Below, one piece after another: positions 36,537-50,354 of a DNA stretch of 64,000 bases. The notes below the pieces were generated by a model. It did no database searches, had not been told where the DNA came from, and worked only from the letters and a program-made list of their open reading frames with translations. Position 1 is the stretch's first letter; every line of letters begins with the position of its first letter. The stretch comes from Leucoraja ocellata (Eukaryota): positions 5,022,001-5,086,000 of the forward strand of contig JAWMAR010000129.1 in the NCBI GenBank assembly GCA_036785375.1. The letters run 5' to 3'. The translations under genes were made by a program, and so were the position numbers.

Positions 36537-38602
36537 AATAGAAACATAGAAATTAGGTGCAGGAGTAGGCCATTCGGCCCTTCGAGCCTGCACCGCCATT
36601 CAATATGATCATGGCTGATCATCCAACTCAGTATCCCGTACCTGCCTTCTCTACATACCCCCTGATCCCCTTAGCCACAAGGGCCACAGCTAACTCCCTC
36701 TTAAATATAGCCAATGAACTGGCCCCAACTACCCTCTGTGGCAGAGAGTTCCAGAGATTCACCACTCTCTGTGTGAAAAAAGTTCTTCTCATCTCTGTTT
36801 TAAAGGATTTGCCCCTTTTCCTTAAGCTGTGACGCCTTGTCCTGGACTTCCCTAACATCGGGAACAATCTTCCTGCATCTAGCCTGTCCAACCCCTTAAG
36901 AATTTTGTAAGTTTCTATAAGATCTCCTCTCAATCTCCTAAATTCTAGAGAGTATAAACCAAGTCCATCCAGTCTTTCTTCATAAGACAGTCCTGACATC
37001 CCAGGAATCAGTCTGGTGAACCGTCTCTGCACTCCCTCTATGGCAATAATGTCCTTCCTCAGATTTGGAGACCAAAACTGTACGCAATACTCCAGGTGTG
37101 GTCTCACCAAGACCCTGTACAACTGCAGTAGAACCTCCCTGCTCCTATACTCAAATCCTTTTGCAATGAAAGCTAACATACCATTCGCTTTCTTTACTGC
37201 CTGCTGCACCTGCATGCCTACCTTCAATGACTGGTGTACCATGACACCCAGGTCTCGCTGCATCTCCCCCTTTCCCAATCGGCCACCATTTAGATAATAG
37301 TCTGCTTTCCCGTTTTTGCCACCAAAATGGATAACCTCACATTTATCCACATTATACTGCATCTGCCAAACATTTGCCCACCCAGCCTATCCAAGTCACC
37401 TTGCAGTCTCCTAGCATCCTCCTCACAGCTAACACTGCCCCCCAGCTTAGTGTCATCCGCAAACTTGGAGATATTGCCTTCAATTCCCTCATCCAGATCA
37501 TTAATATATATTGTAAATAGCTGGGGTCCCAGCACTGAGCCTTGCGGTACCCCACTAGTCACTGCCTGCCATTGTGAAAAGGACCCGTTTACTCCTACTC
37601 ATTGCTTCCTGTTTGCCAGCCAGTTCTCTATCCACATCAATACTGAACCCCCAATGCCGTGTGCTTTAAGTTTGTATACTAATCTCTTATGTGGGACCTT
37701 GTCGAAAGCCTTCTGGAAGTCCAGATACACCACATCCACTGGTTCTCCCCTATCCACGCTACCAGTTACATCCTCGAAAAATTCTATAAGATTCGTCAGA
37801 CATGATTTACCTTTCGTAAATCCATGCTGACTTTGTCCAATGATTTCACCACTTTCCAAATGTGCTGCTATCCCATCTTTAATAACTGACTCTAGCAGTT
37901 TCCCCACTACCGATGTTGGACTAACTGGTCTGTAATTCCCCATTTTCTCTCTCCCTCCCTTCTTAAAAAGTGGGGTTACATTTGCTACCCGCCAATCTTC
38001 AGGAACTACTCCAGAATCTAAAGAGTTTTGAAAGATTATTACTAATGCATCCACTATTTCTGAGGCTACTTCCTTAAGTACTCTGGGATGCAGCCTATCT
38101 GGCCCTGGGGATTTATCGGCCTTTAATCCATTCAATTTACCCAACACCACTTCCCGGCTAACCTGGATTTCACTCAATTCCTCCAACTCCTTTGACCCGC
38201 GGTCCCCTGCTATTTCCGGCAAATTATTTATGTCTTCCTTAGTGAAGACGGAACCAAAGTAGTTATTCAATTGGTCCGCCATGTCCTTGTTCCCCATGAT
38301 CAACTCGCCTGTTTCTGACTGCAAGGGACCTACATTTGTTTTAACTAATCTCTTTCTTTTCACATATCTATAAAAACTTTTGCAGTCAGTTTTTATGTTC
38401 CCTGCCAGTTTTCTTTCATAATCTATTTTCCCTTTCCTAATTAAGCCCTTTGTCCTCCTCTGCTGGTCTTTGAATTTCTACCAGTCCTCCGGTATGCTGC
38501 TTTTTCTGGCTAATTTGTATGCATCATCCTTCGCTTTGATACTATCCCTGATTTCCCTTGTTATCCACGGATGTACTACCTTCCCTGATTTATTCTTTTG
38601 CC
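36537..38602 (-). mobile_element. Young CR1 LINE, 5'-truncated, near-complete RT with one stop and one frameshift
   Basis: ORFs 37599-38363 (KSPGPD, NYRPVS, QHGF, YLDFQKAFDKV), 37290-37562 ([14 protein letters not shown]) and 36628-37362; tail (TTTCTATG). Confidence 0.95.
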
Positions 38603-38604
38603 AT

Positions 38605-39225
38605 GGGGGGGTGGGTAAGATGGCAAAGGAGGAAGAAGGAGGGGAAAGGGGAGAAAAAGGGGGATGGGCGTGACGGGTGAAAGGGGAGAGAAGGGAAGGA
38701 TGGTAAAGTCAGAGGAGGGAGGGGGAAGATGTTACTAAAATTGGACAACTGGATGTTGAGGAAGATATTGGAGGGGGCAGAGGGAGGAGGGGAGGAGGGG
38801 AAGAGGGAAATGTGTTACCTAAAATTGGAGGATTGAATGTTGGGGGGGAGATTGGAGGGAGGTGAAGGATGATGGAGAAGAGGGAGAGGACCGAGAGGAG
38901 GAAGAGTAGAGGGAGGGGAGGGGGCCGGGAGGAGGAAGAGTAGAGGGAGGGGAGGGGGAAGAGTAGGGGGGAGGGGAAGGGGAAGAGTAGAGGGAGGGGA
39001 GGGGAGGGGAGGGGGAAGAGTAGAGGGAGGGGAGGGGGAAGAGTAGAGGGAGGGGAGGGGGAAGAGTAGGGGGGAGGGGAGGAGGAAGAGTGGGGGGAGG
39101 GGAGGGGGAAGAGTAGAGGGAGGGGAGGGGAGGGGGGAGAGTAGAGGGGAGGGGAGGAGGAAGAGTGGGAGGAGGGGAGGGGAGGGGGAAGAGTAGAGGG
39201 TGGGGAGGGGAGGGGTAGGAGGGAG
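38605..39225. repeat. Polypurine tract with GAAGAGTAGAGGGAGGGGAGGGG-like units
   Basis: G/A-rich strand directly upstream of the TMEM185 CpG island. Confidence 0.9.
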
Positions 39226-39229
39226 CTTG

Positions 39230-39620
39230 ACTGCCTCCCTGGCTGGTGCCCGCTGGCCGGGGCGGGCCGGGCCGGTGAGGGAGCCGCCCCCAGACGCTGC
39301 CGCCGCCGCCCGGGGAAGGAGAGCGGATCAGGGCCGGCGCTGGCTCGGTTCTGGGGTTGTGCGCAGCCATGAATCTTCGCGGGCTCTTCCAGGACTTTAA
39401 CCCGAGGTAATGGCCTGGTCCTGGTCCCCCTCCCCCTGGAGGCTGGAGGCTGGGATCTCCATCGGGGAGGAGAGGACAAGGCCGCTGCCGGGCCGGCTGG
39501 CTGGGGAAGGGGGAGAGATGAGAGGAGAGAGGCCGGGGAGAGAGGGAAGGGAAGGCCTACACTGCAGCAGGGAAGCCTCGGACGCGATTACTATCCCAGC
39601 CCGCTCTACTATCTGCGGGC
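39230..39620 (+). promoter_or_regulatory. TMEM185A: CpG island promoter and 5' UTR of TMEM185
   Basis: CpG-dense; GC-box GGGGCGGGCC near 39259; (GCC)4 at 39299-39310; surrounds the ATG at 39369. Confidence 0.7.
39369..39406 (+). CDS. TMEM185A: Transmembrane protein 185 (A-type), exon 1
   Basis: MNLRGLFQDFNP(S); donor GTAATG; 38 nt. Confidence 0.93.
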
Positions 39621-40019
39621 CTTCCTTTCCTTCCTGCCCTCGCTCTACTGCAATGAGGGGAGAGTTTTAAAAACATCCTCGACTGCAAAGAATCAACCAA
39701 CAGGCAAAAACAAAGCACGGCTTACAGCAAAAGCACGATGCAGCCAGTGTTCCATATTATTCATTCCAGCTGTTTCTTCTCCCCAGTTCCTGCAACAGAA
39801 GCTTTGTGCAACCATGCAATTTATAACACAGACGTGATCATGGATGCCTTTTAATGCAGATTGAGGTTTCCTTCACAGATGCAGCCCGGCCCGCTGAGTC
39901 CCACCAGCACTTTGTATTTTGCTCATGGTTCCGGCAAGTTCTAATCCTATTTTTATTCTTCCCACATTCCATCAGCTGCCCCAGATTCAACCACGTCAAT
40001 TTACAGTGGTCACTTGAAC

Positions 40020-40330
40020 TACTTTGTATATAGAATACTACTTATATAACCCACATCACAATATAGTGGATGATGTGTGTGTGGATGTGTATGTATAAAC
40101 TGCTGTATGTATAAATTACTGTATATATGATATATACTACTTTATATATTTCAAACTTATACATATGTTATCTATAAAGCAGTATGCACTATAAAAAGTA
40201 GTTCAAGATATACATTATAATATATATGCACATTATAGATATATATATGTATACAATGCATATACATCTATAACACACACTAATCTATATATATTTTATA
40301 TGATGCATATGTATATATTATCTATCTGTC
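40020..40330. repeat. TA-rich low-complexity tract
   Basis: Degenerate (TA)n/(TATG)n. Confidence 0.75.
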
Positions 40331-41222
40331 TAACTTGTTTGTTCATTAATGGAATATGGAGGCCTTAATTACTCTGGCTGTGATATTGAGCTGCTGCATT
40401 AAGTGATGTAGAGGTGAGTTTATAACACAGCCCTGATCGTGTATGCCTTTTAATGCAGATTGAGGTTAATTGGGAAATAATGAGCTCATGCAATTGTTGC
40501 AGACTCACTGGAAAGTGTACATTGTTTTACAGTCTCTGACACCCCTCGTTAACGCTGGCACACTGGTGTGATTTCCTTCATCTGAGGCAGATCTCTGGAT
40601 GCAGGGTTGCAGGGCCAGGGAGGACATTGTAAAGTAGATTTAAAATGTAGAGACCTAGTTGAAATCTAACTACAGCAATTGGGAAATTTTAATTTGGACA
40701 TCTAAATAAATCTGCAACCGAAATGTTGTCTGGAAAGCTGTTAGATTGCGGTGTGAGAACCCGTTTGATTCAATAATGTATTTGGGGTAGAAATCTGGCC
40801 CCGTTCCATCTGACTCCAGTCATGTGGGGATGTGGTTCAGTTTTCTCTGAATCGCTGAGCAAGCTATTCAGTTCAAGGGTATTTAGGAACAAGTAATAAA
40901 TGCTGCCTCTCCAAATGATGCATGTAAATCAATAAACCCAATGTGGTGAGAGCTGGCTGTTGCATTTTTGTTCTCTGCCAATTGAACTAGAGTTGGATGA
41001 TTGAATGCGGAGAGGTGTCCACTATTCCTGATATCCTTTGATTTTAATCATTCGTTCAGTAACCGTTGTCCTTTGTATTAATTGGTGGTTTAATTGTATT
41101 GATGTGTATTAATTATAGTAACTGTATTGCATGACGTACAACATCCAGAATTTGGTTCCATTTACTTCAGTTTCTACACTCTAATCTTTTCATTTCACTA
41201 GTCAAGTACTGACACTCATTGA

Positions 41223-41420
<198 letters not shown>

Positions 41421-41451
41421 TGAGAATTAACTGCTTCAAGTTAGGCTTCAG

Positions 41452-42032
41452 TTTAAGATTACAGCATGGAAGCATGTCCCCTTGGCCCACTGAGTCCACG
41501 CTGACCGTCGATCACCCCTTCATACTAGTTCTATGTTGTCCCACTTTCTCATCCACTCCCTACACATGAGAGCCAATTTACTGAGGGCCTATGAATCTCC
41601 AAGCTCGTTTGTCACTATGGGATATGGGAGGAAACTGGAGCACGCAGAAGAAACGTGCGATTACACAGAACGCGCAAGCATCACACTGACGGCACCCGAT
41701 TTCAGGATCGAACCTGGGTCTCTGGCGCTGTGAGGCAACAGCTTTACGACTGGGCCCCTGTGCCGCTCACCGTAAATATCTTCTGACGCGGTAGGCACAG
41801 AGTCAGCACCCTTCAAGAGGGTGCTGAAATTGTCTGCATGTATTTGACATCATTTAGCCTGTCACCCTACAAACCTGTATGTCCATGGGATATGGAAGGA
41901 AACCGGAGCACCAGGTGGAAACCCACGCGATTACAGGAAGAACGGACAAACTCCGTACAGTCAGTACCCAAAGTTACGATTGAACCAGGGTCTCTGGTGC
42001 TATGAGGCAGCAACTCTACCAGCTGCACTGCT
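41452..42032 (-). mobile_element. Two tRNA-derived SINE copies
   Basis: 41452-41770 and 41865-42032 carry SINE head and core motifs. Confidence 0.7.
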
Positions 42033-42956
42033 GTTTACCAAAGTAGATTAGAAAAATACTAAGGCGACAGCATATATGACCTCCATGTTCATAACTTTAG
42101 TTTTATCCTAGAGTATTGATTAACACAGCATAGATAAAGGCCATTTAACCCATCATATCTGTGCCAACTACTTTGACGACTTGCCTGACTCAGCTCCACA
42201 GCTCGATAGATTAAGTCAGCGGTTTTGTTTTGGGACTAGTGTAAAAGGAAAAAAACATACTTTTGGGAAAAGTAAATAGAAAGAATAAGAGGAAGAAATT
42301 GAGAACGTTGACAATATTAATGCGGTCTGTTCTTAAATCAAAGTTACTCGAAACATAATCTGATCAATCAATTGTTAAGCAATATTTTCATATTGTTTAT
42401 AGTGCCCAGTGGAAACACTATAAAACATGCATGTCCACATCGCTGGTCATTTTGGCGTCTCTCAAAGAAAAAACTGATTTTCCTCCTGGGTATGATTTCT
42501 AAGAAATGTGCAAGAATTAGTTTGGTTTGTCCTGTCAGAAAATCAGAGTTAATTTCTATAAATTGCTTAATATCCAGGAAAGATCCTTCATAGTGTTTGC
42601 CATGAGTCTCTGTATAGTAACCCCAAAGGATGAGCAGAAGATGGCATGAGATGGCAATGCTTCAGAATAACACTGGTACTTGAGAGCTTGGGTACTGTAA
42701 CACCCAGTGTGGTGCGTTGGGGAGCCCACTCGTCAAGGTAAAACATGTGTAGGAAGGAACTGCAGATGCCGGTTTACACAAAAGATAAACACAATGCTGG
42801 AGTAACTCTCCAAAGATGCTGTCTGACTCGCTGAGTTACTCCAGCATTTTGTGTCTTATCTAAGATATAGCATGATACGAGGTGCATGTTTTAACTATTT
42901 TAAACACTGAAGCAATTACTTTGCATCCATGACACAAGAGGAGCACAAGTAGATCA

Positions 42957-43285
42957 TTTAGTTTAGTTGAGATACAGCATGGAAACGGGCCCTCGGGTCC
43001 ACCCAGTCCACACTGACCATCAATCAGCTGTTCACGTTATTTCTATGTTATCCAACTTTTGCTTCCACAACCTACACACCAGGGGCAATTTATAGAGACC
43101 AATTTACAGAGACTACAGACCCGAACGTCTTTGGGTTGCGGGAGGAAACCGGAACATCCGGGAGAAAACCACGCGGTCAAGGAGAATGTCCAAATTGCAC
43201 ACACAGACAGCACCCGAGATCGGCATGGAATGCGGGTCTCTGGTTCTGCGAGGCAGTAGCTCTTCCAGCTGTGCCACTGTGACGC
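42957..43285 (-). mobile_element. tRNA-derived SINE
   Basis: Head, core and (CTAAA)n tail. Confidence 0.75.
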
Positions 43286-44164
43286 CATATGATGGAGATT
43301 GTCCAAGGAACTGCAGATGCTGGAATCCTGCGTAGAACGCAAAAATTGCTAGCTAGAGTAACGCAGCAGGTCTAGCCACATTTCTGGAGAACATGGACAG
43401 GCAGCGTTTTGGTTCGGCATTCTTCTTCAAACTCGAGAAGAAGAATACATCATCTATCCTTGTCCTCCAGAGATGCTGCCTGACCTGCTGAGTTACTCAA
43501 GCCCATTGTGTTCTTGATCATTTTTTCAGGATAGGAACCTTCCTGATATTGTTTTTCTGTTCTATCCATAATATCCATAAATGTTTCTGGTTCCAAATAA
43601 AGTCAATCCCCTGCGTTAACACCACGGAGAGGGTTAGAGAATTCCACAGATTCATCACCCCTTACGTGAAAATGTTGCTGCTTATTTTGGTCCTAAATGG
43701 GCAAACCACTATGGGTTTAGCTATTCCTGGAGGTAATACGATAGTCGTACAGCACAGAAGCTGTCCCTTCAGCCACCATGTCCATGCTAACCCTTTTGTC
43801 CATTTGCACCATATATCAGCATGTAACCCACTCTGCAATATAATAACTAATTTTATATTTAGTAAGCCCCAGAATTTAAAATCTACTTTTAAGGAAATAA
43901 GCAGTTATTTAAAAAACTAAGCAGTGCATGAATCAGATTTTATTTGAGATTGCCTCTGTGCAGTGTCTTGCTTTATTTTACCATATTAAAAGAATAATCA
44001 TGATGTTGCAGTCTGTGTTGACTCTGAATGACTGATCCAATATATCCCATTGGGTTTAAAGCAAAAAAACATTTAAATAATGTAATGTCTGTTTGTTTGT
44101 TTACATTAAGTGTGGTGATATTTCCCCAACAGCCCACTTATATGAAATGTGAAATGCTTCCTAA

Positions 44165-44605
<441 letters not shown>

Positions 44606-44800
44606 TAGCTATTTCCAAGGTTTTGTCCATCGGCCCTGATGTCTTGGTGCTGCTCCGTACAAACTGTGCTACATGGTTACTCTTGGATAATTTTGAAGCA
44701 TTTTACTTTGTTAAAGGCATTTAATAAATGCAAGTTAATGTTATTAATACATGCATTGCAGTGCTGTGTGTGGCTCTGTAAAATGTTAGAATAAGAATAA

Positions 44801-45083
44801 GGGGCGGCACGGTGGCCCAGCTGTGCCAGAGACCCGAGTTCGATCCTGACTAACAGTGCTACCTGTACAGAGTTTAGACATTCTCCCCGTGACCACGTGG
44901 GTTTTCCCCGGGTTTTCCTCTCGTAACCCAAAGACGTACAGGTTTGTAGGTTAATTGGCTTCGGTAAAGATTGTAAATTGTCCCTAGTGTGTAGGATGGT
45001 GTTAGTGTATGCGGATTGTTGGTTGGCATGGACTAGGTGGGCCAAAGGGCCTGTTTCCTCACTGTATCTCTAAACTAAACTAA
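44801..45083 (+). mobile_element. tRNA-derived SINE
   Basis: GGGGCGGCACGGTGG head, GAGTTCGATCC B-box, (CTAAA)n tail. Confidence 0.85.
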
Positions 45084-45095
45084 TTAAACGTTCTG

Positions 45096-46258
45096 TTTAA
45101 GAGGGAACTGCAGATGCTGGAGAATCGTAGGTTACACAGAAAAGCTGGAGAAACTCAGCGGGTGCAGCAGCATCTATGGAGCGAAGGAAATAGGCAACGT
45201 TTCGGGCCGAAACCCTTCTTCAGACTGATCAGGGGTGGGGGTGGGTGGGGACAAGAAAGGGAAAAGGAGGAGTAGCCGGAAGGCTGGAGGGTGGGAGGAG
45301 ACAGCAGGGGAGCTGAGGAAGGGGAGGAGACAGCAAGGACTAACAGAATTGGGAGAAGTCGATGTTCATGCCCCCGGGGTGCAGACTCCCCAAACGGAAT
45401 ATGAGGTGCTGTTCCTCCAATTTCCGGTGCTGCTCGCTGTGGCCATGGAGGAGACCCAGGACAGAGAGGTCAGAGGCGGAGTGGGAGGGGGAGTTGAAGT
45501 GCTGAGCCACCGGGAGGTCAGCTAGGTTATTGCGGACCGAGCGGAGGTGTTCGGCGAAACGATCGCCCAACCTCCGCTTGGTCTCACCGATATAGATCTG
45601 CTGACATCTAGAGCAGCGGACGCAATAGATGAGGTTGGAAGAGATGCAGGTAAACCTCTGTCGCACCTGGAACGATTGCTTGGGTCCCTGAAAGGAGTTG
45701 AGGGGGGAGGTAAAGGGACAAGTGTTGCATCTGCTGCGGCCGCAAGGGAAAGTGCCCGGGGAGGGGGTGGACCGAGAGGGAAGGGAAGAATTGACAAGGG
45801 AGTTATGGAGGGAGCGGTCTTTGCGGAAGGCAGATATGGGGGGAGATGGGAAGATGTGGCTAGTAGTGGGGTCACGTTGGAGGTGGCGAAACTGACGGAG
45901 GATTATTTTTTGTATGTGATGGCTGGTGGGGTGAAAGGTGAGGACTAGGGGGACTCGGCCCTTGTTGCGAGTGCGGGGATGGGGAGAGAGAGCAGTGTTG
46001 CGGGGTATGGAAGAGACCCTGGTGCGAGCCTCATTTATGGTGGAGGAGGGGAACCCCCGTTCCCTGAATAGTGAGGACATTTCAGATGTCCTGGTGTGGA
46101 ACGCCTCATCCGTGGAGCAGATGCGACGTAGACGGAGGAATTGGGAGTAGGGGATGGAGTCCTTACAGGAAGCAGGGTGGGAAGAAGTGTAGTCCAGATA
46201 GCCATGGGAGTCAGTGGGTTTGTAGTGTATGTCGGTTAGAAGTCTATCACCTGCAATG
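45096..46258 (-). mobile_element. Penelope-like element, 5'-truncated (RT thumb and GIY-YIG), with an inverted terminal unit at 46335-46455
   Basis: ORF 45340-46284 has TDIHYKPTDSHGYLDYTSSHP, SIPYSQFLRLRRICS and IYCVRC...IYIGET; hammerhead core on the minus strand at about 45197-45224. Confidence 0.92.
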
Positions 46259-46603
46259 GTTCTGATTGACTTAAACCAGATCAACCATGATTATCATAGA
46301 ATCAATCTTTCGGTACCAGAACAACTCTGAAAAATGATCCCGACTCGAAACGTCACCTATTTCCTTCGCTCCATAGATGCTGCCTCACCCGTTGAGTTTC
46401 TCTAGCATTTTTGTCTACCTTCGATTTTCCAGCATCTGCAGTTCCTTCTTAAACTAAACTACAATGCCTTTTAAACGTTGCTGTTGTATCTGACTCTACT
46501 ACCTCTGGTGGCTTAGTCCATATACTCACTATCAGATTGAGGCCAAATGCAAATTGGAGGATGATTTCGCTTTGGCATCTTACAACCCAGTAAATTGAAT
46601 ATT

Positions 46604-47119
46604 TTTGTTTTGTTTATTTTATTAGAAGTTAATACAGTACAAAACAGTACAGTGGAAACTAATTTTAGGTGCCAACTATGTAATACTGTAATCCATTCTA
46701 TGTACAGCCTCTAGTTTTATGTTATGAGAAGGAAGTAAGCAAGACAAGAAAAAGAAAACAATAGAAAGAGGAAAAAGTGGAAAAATAGATGGTAGAGAGT
46801 AGAAAAACGTGAAGTGTGTATATAAAAAATAAAAAAGAAAGAGAGAAAGTGGAAAGTAGAAATATAAGAGAAGGCCCCTTAAAAGAGAATTTTTCAAATC
46901 TGTATTCGGAGATGTAGATCTATCCGCTTCATGAACTGAAATCAGCAATCTTTACGGTACCGCTGCATCACATGATTCCAAAAAGTCGATGAAAGGAGAC
47001 CAACTCCTTAAGAATTGGTCATATTTATCTATTAGTCGGAGTCTCATTTCTTCAAGGCGTGCTATGTCCATCATATTCCCTATCCACATTTTAACAGTTG
47101 GTATGGTTGTATTTTTGAA
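46604..47119 (-). mobile_element. L1-clade LINE 3' end with 13-bp TSD
   Basis: IPTVKMWIGNMMDIARLEEMR...FLRSWSPFIDFL C-terminus, AATAAA and A-rich tail; TAAATTGAATATT at 46591-46603 and 47120-47132. Confidence 0.75.
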
Positions 47120-48036
47120 TAAATTGAATATTGACTTCTCTAATTTCAAGTAACCCTTGCATACTCTCCCTCCCCGTCCCTCCCCAAACACGCTAGTTGG
47201 CCTGCTAGTTTCATTGTTAGTATCTGCTCGTTATCATTTTTTGCACAGCCAACAATTGACCATTGTGGACTCTACCTTTCCTTGATCATCGTTGCTTTGA
47301 TTTGCACTTTTCATGCCTCTCATTCATTTGTTCTTTGTACCATTTCATACCTCTACTTTCCGTCTCCCCTGACTCTCAGTATGAAGGAAGGTCTCGTCCC
47401 AAAACGTCACCTACTCCTTTTCTCCTGAGATGCTGCCTGTCCCGTACTGGATTCCCCCGCCCTTAGCAAAAGATCTAATCTATTCTTTGAATGGGCCTGG
47501 TAACGGCCACCACCATTCAGCCTCCTATATTCTAGTGAGAATTAACGCAGCCTCTCCAGTCTTTCCTTCTAATTACAGCACTTCATTTCCAGACATCATT
47601 CCTGGTGGACTTCTTCTGGAGTGCCTTTATTGCTACCACATCTTCCTGAAGTGTGGTGACTAGATGTGTACACAATACTCCCAAGAGCAGTCTAACCAAT
47701 GTTTTGTACAGCTGCAATATGATGTCCCAAGTTTAGTACTCAATGTCTTGGTCAATGAAAGTAAGCATACCAAATGCCTTTTTCTCTACCCTCTCCACTT
47801 TCATGGAACAATGTACTTGCACCCCCAAGGTCTCTCTGTACATCAACATTGCCACAGTCCCTGCCATTTATTCTTTATGCCCTACCAGAGTTTGACTTTC
47901 CAAGGTGAATTACCTCGTATGTGTCTGGATTAAATTGGGATTAACATAGATGGGCATCATGGTTGGCATTGGGCGAGGTGGGCTGTAGGATCTGTTTCTG
48001 TGCCAAGCCATTCTACGATAAAAATTACTTTAAACA

Positions 48037-48360
48037 AGGGCGGCATAGTGACGCAGCAGATAGAGCTGCTGCCTCGTGCCGGAGACCCGGGTTCGAACCT
48101 GACCTCAGATGCTGTCTCAGATGCTCAGATGTGGAGTTTGCACGTTCTCCCTGTGACTGCGTAGGTTTCTTCCATGTGCTCCGGTTCCTTCCCACATCCC
48201 AAAGACATGCAGGCTTGTTGGTGAATTGGCCCTCTGTAAAGTTGCCGCCAGTGTGTAGGGAGTGGATGCGAAAGTGGGATAACATGGAACTACTGTGAGC
48301 AGGTGATCGATGGTGGATGTGGGCTGAAGGGCTGTTTTCAATGCTGCGTCTCTAAACTCA
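48037..48360 (+). mobile_element. tRNA-derived SINE
   Basis: GGGCGGCATAGTG head, GGTTCGAACC B-box, tail. Confidence 0.8.
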
Positions 48361-48619
48361 ACTATTTTTATACAGCAATTCTTGCACTCCTGTACTTATG
48401 TATGATTGTGCTTATGTATATAGTTGGTGTGGGCCCAGAGCCGGTTACTGTGCTGTATCTCTTAACTAAAACTAAACAAACTGGCTGCTTAAAGAATTAA
48501 GATCTAAGGCTTTGCCGTCTTGAGTTAATGCAGATTAATTATCATAAAGCATTGACATTATTACCCACATTAATGTTTATATGAACACGTCTGGAAAAAC
48601 ATTCTTTATAATATTCTAA

Positions 48620-48790
<171 letters not shown>

Positions 48791-48824
48791 TAAATCTTCA
48801 AATTGGGATTCAACAATTTAACAC

Positions 48825-49250
48825 GGAGAATTTAATCCAGAGAAATGTGAGGTGTTGCATTTTGGGGAGTCTAACATGGGCTGGACCTACACAGTGAATG
48901 GTAGGGCTCTGGGGAGTGTTGTAGAGCGGAGGGATCTAGAAGTACAGGTGCATGGTTCCTTGAAAGTAGAGTCGTAGGTAGATAAGGTGATCAAAAAGGC
49001 TTTTGGCACATCGGCTTTCATTGAGTATAGAAGTTGGGAGGTCATGTTGCAGTTGTGTAAGATGTTGGTGAGACCGCATTTAGAGTATTGTGTTCAGTTC
49101 TGGGCACCATGTACTCGGAAAGATATTGTCAAGCTGGAAAGGGTTCAGCAAAGATTTAGAGATTGTGGAGATATTGATAGTGATATTTCAAGAATCAGTA
49201 GAGTCAGGAGTGGTTCCAGATGATTGGAAAATTCCCAATATTATTCCGCT
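48825..49250 (+). mobile_element. CR1 LINE fragments
   Basis: FNPEKCEVLHFG and [15 protein letters not shown] motifs. Confidence 0.8.
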
Positions 49251-49289
49251 ATAACCTAGGCTTCGAAATTTGAGTAATAATCATCACAG

Positions 49290-50354
49290 GGCTCAGGGCT
49301 CAATAAACTTTCAAATGTATCTCTTGCCGATGGAAGTTTACGTGTAACTTGACAGAGAGCTTCTTCTAGCATAGACATACATCTTTCTTTGACATTTTTT
49401 ATTTCCAGGTGAGTTTCAGCACTGTTGTTCTGTAGTAGGAACTTATTACATGCTGTTAAGAATTTGATACCAAAATCAACTTGATGAGTATTTTTTTTCT
49501 GTCCTTGGCATCGTACAGTCTGTTCTGAAGATTCTTCTGGTGTAAGAATAGTTGTTGGTACAATTCATGAGGATCAGTTTTGGTTTGCTGAAAAAGGCTG
49601 TTCAGTCTTTCAAATTATTGCACAACAGATGTTGCAAACTCAAAGACTAAGTAGTTTTTGTAGTCTGACAACATTTCCTTCAGGAGATTAAAGAAGGAAC
49701 TGCAGGGGGTGAGGGGGGGAGGGGAGAAAGGAAGAGGTGGAGCCAGTGGGCTGAGGGAGAGCTGAGAAGGGGAGGAGAAAGTAAGGTCTACCTGGAGTCT
49801 TGCTTTGAATTTTGATTGGGCTCGTTCAGCAGAAGTGATTTAGGTCTTCCCAGTTCATCAAAATATTAAACATAACCTTTCCACGCACAAGCCACCACGT
49901 AAATGAAGGTTTTTTCAAAGGGGAGGGGGGCAGTTCGGGTTGGCTCAAATTCTAGAGTGTTCATCACTCTAAACAATTCTTTGTATGCTTCTCATCTTAA
50001 TTCTAATTGAGTATTTCTGACAGTAAAAATCCAATATTTGATGGTAGCTTGGATGCTGCATATTGAATGCGCAGTGTACAGCACGTGGCCTGTCTCTGCT
50101 GGGTCCTAGTGCTCCCACCCTCCTAGTTGGCGGCAGAAATATTGCCAAATGTAACTGACCATAACACGTTTCTCTAAAAGGAAAATGTTTTGGAAAATGG
50201 ATGGTATGTCATTTTCGTACAGATAATTTTAGCATGTAAAAAAGCCAGGAAAAAGCCCAAAAGCCAAATGAATTTTCTGACGCCAACCAAAATGTAAACA
50301 AAACCAGATTTCTGGAATTTGGCACTAAAAAAACAAAACAATCTGGCAACCCTG
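49290..50354 (-). mobile_element. hAT-like transposon remnant
   Basis: Minus-strand terminus CAGGGTTGCCAG at 50354; degenerate frame LLKEMLSDYKNYLVFEF...FERLNSLFQ...VDFGIKFL at about 49450-49690. Confidence 0.5.

Noticed and set aside
38709-39479. Proline-rich ORFs (also 13066-13311, 14619-14903, 17774-18043)
   Set aside because: These are translations of polypurine/polypyrimidine low-complexity DNA.
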